A program made the position numbers and the translations under genes. Shown here in pieces: positions 54,885-64,000 of a stretch of 64,000 bases of DNA; position 1 is the stretch's first letter; each line of letters opens with the position of its first letter. The DNA comes from Trichosphaerium sp. ATCC 40318 (taxonomy: Eukaryota > Protista > Tubulinea). The notes under the pieces were generated by a model. That model was not told the origin of the DNA, ran no database searches, and saw only the letters and a list, made by a program, of their open reading frames with translations. The stretch is from the NCBI GenBank assembly GCA_038496445.1, contig JALMLS010000304.1, positions 124,001 through 188,000 on the forward strand. The letters are read 5' to 3'.

Positions 54885-56200
54885 TTACATAAAATGTTGC
54901 ATAACTGCGATCTTCAACCACCTTATAATGATAGTTAGTGCGTTGAACTGCTTTTTGATATGTCTGTACCGTTGTTGAACCTTTTTCGTTGTATTCTTAA
55001 ATCTCATCCAATCCCAGTTGTACTCTGGGTGTATTAAAGCCAACGCTCTTGGATAATAAGGGTAAAAGCCAGGGCTGCGCATCTGAGTGATAGATACTCG
55101 GTACCTATGTTTATTGAGCACTGATTGTAGATCTAGTTTAGTGTACCAATCCTCTGGCGCTCTTACACCAAGTGATTGCGCCGCTTTATTCAAAAAATTA
55201 ATTTGGTTCTTTGTGATTTTCCAATTCGTAGTTGGCCTCTTAAAGATGGATTTTTGGGAAGGATAAATGCGTGAGAGAGCATTAGCCAAGACTCCACCAT
55301 GTCTATTAACCATTAAACTGAGATTTCTATTTTTTTAAATTTCGGACCTGTTCAGGATGGATTTGCCTCCCGCGAGAATTACTTGTGCGTTGGAAATACC
55401 CACCCAATCTTCTATACAGTACACTCTTAGTTTTTTCTCTATATCGCTAAAAGCAAGTTGTTGGTTGTGAATGTCATCCCAATATCCCATTGGAGCACAG
55501 CTGTTAAAAATAAGCCAAGAAAAAAAGAGTAAAACTCTGTGTACGCGAAGCGCCATGGTTTCCACTTATGGTGTGGGTACACAGACTGCAAGCAATTAAA
55601 TAATGATCCATCGTATCTGTAGATGTAGTTAGTACAGTATTCAACAAGCAACTCCTAAACTAGTACATTTTCATTAGTTTGGCACAAGCAAGTGTCACAT
55701 CTGCAGCTGCCACATTGTACCAATCATTTAATGTGGTAACACCAAACTTCTCTGCTAATAGTCCTAACAGTATAGCCTTTTGCTCAGTAGTGATTGCAGT
55801 ACTTCTTTGCAAATAAACGCTAATCCAATATTTAGTTTGCACGTTTTTTTCAATGTTGGCGTACTCTTTTGCGTTGTATCTATGCGATTCGGTGGAGTTG
55901 GGGTGGCTACAAGATAATACCGTTGGTTTAGAGAATGGTTTGGGTGAGATAGCAATTTCAGTATTAACTATTGCAAGATAACGATCATACGCTCTAAACG
56001 TGCGTACCTTTGTATTTTAGAGTATTTTGCTACCTGCTTAGTGGTATTGCGCAAATAAGCATCTACACGACCCCCAAACGCGTAATTTGGCCCCAAGGTG
56101 CTAGTGTTTGTTAGCAAAGAACGAAAAATCGTAACGAATACCGTATGCGGCTCATATGATGTAACAGCACGTAAATAATTCCCCAGCACCAGTTTCAGGC
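54885..56200 (-). CDS. Trp-rich helical-repeat protein (LGxxxxEDWY / YPxxxWxxWxF repeats); start uncertain
   Basis: Three imperfect repeats: FGVTTLNDWY..YPHHKWKPWRF; LRVYCIEDW..IYP; LGVRAPEDWY..HPEYNWDWMRF. Confidence 0.6.
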
Positions 56201-56514
56201 GTATTGTAAGTGTTGTAAGGCTTTTTTGGAAAGCACGCTTAATTGCATTTGTTGCCTAAACCACGTGTTGGCAAGAAATTGGACTTTGTCAGTGTGTCCC
56301 GGTAGTAACTTGCAACTGAACGAGGTTGTAGTTGCATACTACGTAAGTACTATCACGTGTTGTAGCAAGCTCGTGCGACATCTAATCAACAAAACGAGCG
56401 ATTTTTCAATTACTATTTTATTCAACAGGTGTAATTAAAACACGGAAGCTTTACTGCCACTGAAAGAACAGCTGTACATGTACGAAGTCGGACGAGTTTT
56501 CTTTTACTTGGTAA

Positions 56515-57323
56515 TCACATAGCATATTTTAATGTCCACTCTCGAGCTATTTCTAGCAACTAGTCAATTGAACAAGTTCGTGTACTAGTTGGAACCGTAC
56601 TTAAGTATCTTTCTTTGCTTTGTGAATACGTGTCGTAAACGGTGTGTTCTGCAATCATATTCACATCAGGTTCTTTCAACAAGCGAATAAGAGCAACGAG
56701 AAATGAACGTATTGATGCTGCAGGTGTATACACTGTTCTGTCATCGTTTTCCCAACAAATTTGTCCTTTTAGAAATATCTAAATACAAAAAATCAAAAAC
56801 AATGCCACCCTCAGTACATGCTACAACAACGCCCAAACGAAGTGTTCTCTTATAACCTTAACACCAACTTTAAACATAATGTACCATGATCGTCAGGGTA
56901 TCATAGTTGTTTGGCATTATTGATCATGTGATAAAACTTATTGTAAAAATTGCAAAGTAAACGGTCATGAAAACAAGCACAAACGTACATTGATGTGGTA
57001 AATCTTTGTTTCAAACTTTATTATCGGTACGTGGAATGGATATGCTGATGTGTATATTAGGTAAAAAACAATAAGAAGATGAAACACGTGATGGTACCTT
57101 GATCAAAAGTGAAGGATACAAAAAAAACGCCTCCCTCATATGGCGTTCCTTTCGGACCCAAAACTACCACTAAACAGTTGTTCTATTATTATGTAATCGT
57201 GTATTTTGCGACCTTACCGTCCCAGGCGAATATATTATCGCCTTTCAGCTGAATAGCGCAGTTTTCTACTGGATCTAGTACTAAAGAACGTAATTCCACC
57301 GCTAAACGCCCCCTCGATGACAT
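56515..57323 (-). CDS. Ubiquitin-conjugating enzyme E2 (divergent); missed by the ORF track
   Basis: MSSRGRLAVEL, NIFAWD|VVVLGPKGTPYEGGVF, YPFHVPIIKFETKIYHIN|IFLKGQICW, AREWTLKYAM*. Confidence 0.88.
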
Positions 57324-57600
57324 ATATTGCGTTGGTTTGCGCAACAACCAAGAATTGTAGGTTGGTGACCTATCACACCGCTATTCACAGATTACTTTAG
57401 CACTTAATTTTGTATGCCTTAAATAAGTCAGTCTGACCTACAACGTTAGTTTATTTCGATGGAAGTACCCTGACCAGCTAACAGGTAAGCGCTAGATTAA
57501 TACTAGGTGTTGAAAACCTTCAATTTTGTGAAACTTGGTCACATACATTGAAAAGTTTTTGTACACAAAGTCAATACCAACTTTTTTCAAACCAACTGTG

Positions 57601-59970
57601 ATGACACTACCAAAAGAGCTTGTGCTCATATTATGTGTTGTTGTTGCTGTTTTTAGCTACGATATCAGGCGTCACCTAGCAACAAAAACAGCGTACAACA
57701 AACCATTTTCATCAAATTTTGATGTACTTGTAGGTATTTTGCGCCTACATCATCAAATTCGCCTCCACCGGCAGGTTGCTCTGTAATACATGTAGATTTA
57801 CTTTCACGGCACGTATTAAATAAAAGTTGTACAAAATTGTAATAGAATTTAGACATGGAACCCGTTATCCTACAGGAGGCACCATAACTGTGCGTTACAA
57901 TATTGTTGGCATTTATTTGACACTTTAGGATTTTAATACGCTCGAAAAGACGCTTGAAACAGTCAAGGATAAAATTACAACGGTATTGATTAACACATAG
58001 TGTTTTTTACGCAAAACACAAATTATTTTTATTAACTCTGTCCAGCCGGCTTATGCATGGCTCAAAACGTGGAAAAATCCATACACAACGGCAACTAAGG
58101 GTCTACTGTCCCATAGAGGTATTGTTTTTACAGAATAAATAAGTTGTCTTACAGGACTCTGAAGGAGAGGAAGAGCTGTATCAGCACGGGCAACGCTTCA
58201 AAGCCGAATTTGCTAAATTGATGAATGGATCATACAAGGAGTACAGGTTCGTTGAAGGCGTTTTGAACTATTTTTTTTGAAATATGGCGTTTAACGGATC
58301 TTGCTTACTGTCCAAAGGTTTCCTATGCTTACTACACAAGTTCCAAGAGCAGCCAGGAGTGGTAATTCTTTTGGTTATGGTCTTTGGGAAGGTACAGGCG
58401 ACGTAAGTGAGAAAATATTGAGTGTATGATTGTGTTGAGATTCTGTTTTAGCTTGGCGCATCGAACTTTCAGCCTTTTTTCCAATACAGTCAAACAGAAG
58501 CAGACGATAGAGTACTAAATTTCTGCAGTATTCACTCATAAGTTAACACGTTGTATAGATCCTACGTTACTTTAAAATCTGTCCAAACTACTTGGCGAAA
58601 CCTTCGGTTAGTGCAAGTTTTTGTTGTATATTTTCTTTGTTAACTTTGTTGTGCATAGCCTGACGCCCAATCAGATTTATGGGCTCAAAGGAGTTACTCG
58701 TCAATAAAAGGAGATTTGAGTCAAAAGTTGGGCACAGGACTAAGCTGGAATGTTACCAGTGATGAAGTAAACATGCTGTACAAGTGCGTTAAATTATCTT
58801 TAGAAACAATTTCTTATTTTTTTCTCATCTAGTGCGTGTCAATTCGAAGCTTCTTTGTTTAATGTAACAGATAAATTTTGCTCTTTATTCAGTGAGGCTA
58901 GCGCGGATATTTTAGAGTATTACCAAGACTTGTTTTACTACTACAAAAGTGGTAAGTAAATTGTCCTCTTTTTTCCAACTTTTTGTGATTTCGAGTTTTG
59001 TGACCCTCAGAGCACTCGAATACTCTTAATGTTTTGCTAATACAAGGTTTTAGGATATGGCAATAAGATAAATTACCAAATAGTGCGCAACAGCGATTGA
59101 TCTTGATGCTAGTTTATTTACTTTTTTTGTTAATAGGCATGCCCTTTGTTGACATCTATTATCTCTGGTATGGATGGTAAAGCATCTGGTAACAAGGATT
59201 ATGCCGATGAGGATGTGAATCTACGGTTCGCACATGCTGAGACAGTAATGCCTCTATTCTCTCTTTTGGTACCCAGTTGTCAATCGAAACAAAGACAACC
59301 ACTAATACTTCATTCTAAAACAGGGACTTTTTTCGGACCCACAGCATCTGACTGCTGATCTACCACAGAAGGATATTGACGATAGAAAGTGGCGCACTTC
59401 AAGTATATCACCATTTGGCGCAAACATACGATTTGAACTGTATGAATGTGGAACAGATTCTCATAGGTACAAAAAAAAACTTTTTTTTTTTTTCACGTGG
59501 TGCATAACATTTTTGTTTACTTTGTATAGAGTACGTGTGCTTGTTAATGAGAAAGAAGTAACAGTGCCTAAATGTGAACTCTTTTGTCCATTGCCTACAT
59601 TCAAGCAACTTTACAACCACTCTGAGGGCGTTGCTTGTAAATTTAATGAAATCTGTGGTATTGATGATAATACACCTACAGATGAAGATGACTATGATGT
59701 ACAAACAGTAGTTGTTGTTGGTAAGAACAAGTTCGAATTATAACATTTAACTTTATCTAATGATTATTATTGTATTTAACATTGTTTATAGGTGTTGGTA
59801 GCTTTGTATGTGGTTGTTTATTTGTTGTGATAATAGGTAACCATTACACGTGACTTTTTTTTTTTCAAACTTTTTTTCGAGACGAACTTTTGGTTCGGTT
59901 AAAAACTTTATTTCTTTGGGCTTATTTAGCCAATTTTGAATCTATTTACAATCTATAAAATAGAAGAAAA
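57601..59970 (+). CDS. Histidine acid phosphatase, MINPP1/phytase-like, with signal peptide and C-terminal TM
   Basis: HLATKT, SR|HGTRYP (RHGxRxP formed across a GC-AG intron), LRYFKICP, LRFAHAET, ISPFGAN, VRVLVNE; 3' end approximate. Confidence 0.9.
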
Positions 59971-60649
59971 AGTAGTGTTATGTATCATGCAGATATTGTT
60001 TAACTTAAGTGTAAAATCAAGTTTACAATGAACTGACTGACATATGAATATTTGCTTCTTTTGTTTTTTGTTGCCTAATGATACCCGTTTTGACTTTATG
60101 TGTAGCGTGTATTATTGTAAGACGACAGAAAGACGCAAAAGATTACCATTTAGTATCCACTGCGGATATGGGACAAGAAGACTTGAGCTCATCCTAACTC
60201 ACTTACTTGCTAAAATAAGTGTTATTAAATAATGTTTATCTTTATTACAACTACGACTGTCGTTTATTTTACCGCCTTTATCCCAACAACAATACTAATC
60301 ACCCAACTTCTTTTTGGACAAAATATTCTAGTAGTGTTTATACTATCCCTAAGGCCGTCTTGTTTCCATCCATATATTGATTGATGTAGTATGTTGAATT
60401 GTATCCAATACAATATTAGATAGGGATTTGGCATTACATTGCAAATTTTGTTTCAGTTTCTCAGGTGTGCGAAAAAAAGGTTGTATTTTTGAGGTAATAC
60501 AGAGGTCTCACTTTGAAAAGGTCCTTGGTTCCTTGAAAAATGAAATAGAGGTGTACAGCACCGTACTGGTCTGTGTTATGAAGTTGTGAGTGCACTGGTT
60601 AAGTGTGAATACCAGATTTGATGAGTATGGTTTGATTTTTTTTTATTTT

Positions 60650-61620
60650 TTATTTTGGTTTTTGCAATTGCAGTACTACTTTGACGTAGTGTATGCCAAT
60701 ATTTTTTTCAGGATTTAACAACCTTACGTCATTGTCAAATCCATTAAAATGAGTACTGTATTCTGTAGAATTTGCTATTCGACATTTTTGTGGTTTGAAT
60801 ACCCATGCGCCTTTAATGTTCCATTTTCGAACTGCCTCTGTTATAACACCTAAAGGATGAACATGATCTTGTAGCGGAATCATTGTATCAGCCATTAAAA
60901 TCTGCCTTGAGAAGAGTAAGCATGTCGTGAACTTCACAGAAAAAGAAGTAAAGAACGTTAAACAACATACCTAAATTCTGCTTTTTCTTTAAACAGTTGG
61001 GTCGCTAATGGTCCATCCTTTACAGTTGATAAATCAATAGGTATACCATCATAAGATTTATCCATTTCTTGAAATAAAGCGCGCGTTGTATCCGTTTGTT
61101 GGAGAAAGGTGTTTGTTCCAATAATTAGTTCACCTTCTGGTTTCGTCATTTTCCACATGTCATCAACAGCACTTGAAGGGTTGCTAAAACATAGTAGAGA
61201 AAACTCATTGATAGATATGTCTAGAGTCTGTTGAATGTGTTCATTTGCGCTTGCTTGCTCTAGAGTGCCTCTAAAGACTACAAAGTCGCTTTGTTCTACA
61301 TTTTTTGAATTATAGGATAATCCCACTTTTTTGACAAAACCTGGTATGTAACTCGCCATATCGTCCGATGGCTCAATGCCAAAGTATTTTACCCCACTCG
61401 TAGCATTCCCGAAATGCTTTTTCAGCTGAATAGCCCTATGAGCCTTGCCGCAAGAGATGTCACCGACAGCTATCAACTCATTTTCTTTTTTCTGTCTTCT
61501 AGCGTTTATCGCTTCAACAAAGATTGCCCAAGTCTTCTCATAGACATTTTGATCGACAACGAAGTTGTTACCATCAGTTACTTCGTATTTCTTTGCTGTA
61601 GTCTTTCCGTAGATTTGCAT
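60650..61620 (-). CDS. Class I SAM-dependent methyltransferase-like protein (1 intron)
   Basis: VGDISCGKA (motif I-like), YFGIEPS, MTKPEGELII. Confidence 0.6.
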
Positions 61621-62193
61621 AGCTCTTTATGATGTTGTACACTGTTGGGCGGTTGGGTTGTTTAAAAACCTGTTCATTTGTAGACCCGACAAAAAATCAC
61701 TGAATTACAATACAATTGTATGGCAAATTCCTAGTAGGAATTAAAGTATTTGAAAGCGTTTGAGGTAATTAACCTGGCGAATCGCTATTCCCAAAAAAAT
61801 AAAATGGAAAAAGTTGCTCACTGAAAAAGTTCAGGAGCTTTTTTTGGGTCAACAGTTGCAATGAGTCATACCACGTAAAGCGTTCACGTGGCTTAGTGTG
61901 ATTAGTTAGAAATGTGCTTCGGCGTACAGCCATCTCCAAATAGAATCTTTTTTAAAGGTTGACGTCACAGAATCAAAGGGCATTGGAGTTGTCTTTTTTT
62001 TTATTTTTCGCCCGGATCGGCGCTAGTCCTAGTACTAGTCCCTTAGATTGACATTTTTGTGCCCTGAATATTAATAATCCTTCCTACAGGTTTGTGACCG
62101 ACATTCCAGTGACTGATTAATCTGGCAGGGACAAAAAACAGATTGAACAAGTTAACAGTGAATTGAAAGACAAAACTTTTACTAAAAAAATAG

Positions 62194-62997
62194 TTCCTTA
62201 TGGAATCCGAGTAATGGCTCCACATGTTGTGAAAACGAATGCTATCCACTTGAATACAATTACGCATAATGAAGCTAGTTTGAAAGGTTCATTATCGCAC
62301 ATGTCACTGAAAGGATACTTTTTAGCTAGTATCTAAAAATCCGTAAACAAAAGAAACAGACAACATAAACCATGGTTTTTGTTCATCATACCACTGTCCC
62401 ATAAATAAGCCAAATGACTGAAGTTATTCCAATGGCAAGAGAAGTGAGTATAATCAAAGCATAGCTTGCTATACGCATATACATCCTAAAGATTGCTACA
62501 GCAGCAAGACCACATAGAAATGTTGTTAAAGCAGTAGCATCAACAAGCAACCTTTTGATTAACAATCATGTTAGCTAAAAGGAAGATAATTATGCAACTA
62601 ATGATGTACCAAGCAGCCATTCCCATCGCTTAAAAAAGAACAAAAGTAAGGCGTCAACTTCTTGAAATTACAAAAAAATAACAAAACACAGAAAGCAATT
62701 TCCTTAAATTTGATTTCTAAGCGTAATCACGTGTTAAACCACGTGGCTTTTTGTACAGATAGAGCTACATTAAATATAGATAAAGTGTTATTGCGGTTAT
62801 TACGTACAATATTGCTCGTCTGTGTCTATGTGACTACAAAGATCATTCCAGTATCGTAGAGAAAATATAAACTCTGTGATGATAGTGCCAATACAAACGA
62901 ATAAAACGCTGAAAAAGATAATCCTTACTGTGCAAACGTAACGTGGTCTACGTTCTTTGTAATATTCAGTACGCAGGAAGTCGTCTGTATCCGACAT
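62194..62997 (-). CDS. Small multi-pass membrane protein
   Basis: ORF 62800-63006 splices to TM exons WLLVDA.., IGITSVIWLIYGTV|IL, LCVIVFKW. Confidence 0.55.
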
Positions 62998-63007
62998 TTT
63001 GACCAAA

Positions 63008-64000
63008 ATGGAGAATAGTTAGCTTTGCATGCCAAAAACCATAAACGGTTTAGTTTCATCTTTTATGGCAAACGACACCGCTAAGAGGTGGTATTGGCGT
63101 AAACGAGATTGCTCGTGGGTACTTTACAACCAAGTTTGTTCAGAATTGCTAGAAGATGCGTTTACGCGTAACCAACTATGTTCGCGTATCGATATGGACA
63201 AAAACCGGCACTGCTATGTAAATAGCGCTGGGTTAGGTAAACAACAAGGTAAGAACAGTAGTGTACACGCTGACAGTAATCACTACATGAGTAGTATTAA
63301 CCTTATGACGGATAGACCCGCGACGAATTGCAGGACGGTTTATTAAGCGAGAAAGTGCTAGTTTGAACGGTACAGTTCATTTATGGGGTCACAAGTACAT
63401 ACAACCTTACTGGGAACCTTACAACCAAGATACAGCGAAAGGTACGTGAAAATAAGCCTTGCGATTGCACACGAGCTGACGCCATAAGAAGAAAGTGGTA
63501 GCGTAAATGTTAGTGAGTTGAAAATACTATCATGGAATGTGTGGTTCGGGAAATATAAGCTCAAAGAACGCTTGATTGGTAAGCTAGTAATGGCAATAGT
63601 ACCGTAAGCTTAGTGTATTCTTCTTAGGTCTATTGGATGTTGTTGCAAAATGTGACCCGCACGTGGTTTGCTTTCAAGAGGTATGTCGTTTTTTTTTGAA
63701 CGAACAGTTTCACTAAGCTGTTAGGTAACCTCACTTATGGAGCGCGTAATTCTTGGCCATCAATGGGTGAAATCGAAGTAAGCAGATAGTTGGTAAGCGT
63801 ATGTTGTTGATGTATATGTAGGCATGTTACAGATCCTGCAGCTCTATATTTGCGTTCGTATGGGTTGTTTATAATAAGCAAGTTTCCAATCCATAGCGCA
63901 AAGATGATAGAGCTCAACTCAAGAATGGGAAGATATATCTTACTTATCAACATCGTGGTAAATGGTAAACCACTTACAATAGCTGCAGTACACTTGGAGT
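63008..64000 (+). CDS. WWE domain + TDP2-like endonuclease/exonuclease/phosphatase (runs off the window)
   Basis: RWYWRKRDCSWVLYNQVCSELLEDAF (WWE); LKILSWNVWF, VVCFQE|VT, LTIAAVHLES (EEP/TDP2). Confidence 0.72.

Noticed and set aside
39159-61630. Apparent in-frame TAA codons (39159, ~42464, ~61628) suggesting stop-codon reassignment
   Set aside because: Each is explained by an intron or a downstream ATG. DRG, CCT2 and the SET gene end at TAA, and long conserved exons have no internal stops.
1-64000. CRISPR arrays, tRNA/rRNA genes, transposases, DGR-like template/variable repeats
   Set aside because: No such repeats or motifs seen; the MORN and LRR repeats are ordinary protein repeats and no reverse transcriptase is present.

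Overview
Eukaryotic nuclear DNA, AT-rich and very gene-dense, with many short spliceosomal introns (mostly about 25-300 nt). The six-frame ORF track therefore shows mostly exon fragments, and I spliced about 30 gene models by hand. The content suggests an amoebozoan protist (inference): Cbl/SHK-like EF-hand+SH2, TKL and DYRK kinases, F-box+repeat proteins. Confident genes: DRG GTPase, CCT2, SRPRB, acyl-protein thioesterase, USP, SUVR3/SETMAR-like SET protein, MINPP1-like phosphatase, an E2, and a GH18-like hydrolase. I saw no rRNA, tRNA, CRISPR or transposase. Main oddities: (1) the 5' splice-site consensus looks shifted to GYACGT, with at least 9 GC-AG introns, 7 of them GCACGT, some required to restore conserved motifs; (2) the palindrome CACGTG is strongly over-represented; (3) two divergent start codons 10 bp apart form an inverted repeat; (4) a WWE-TDP2-like fusion; (5) an F-box/MORN gene with four slippage-type frameshifts. 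All exon boundaries are hand-derived and need transcript confirmation.
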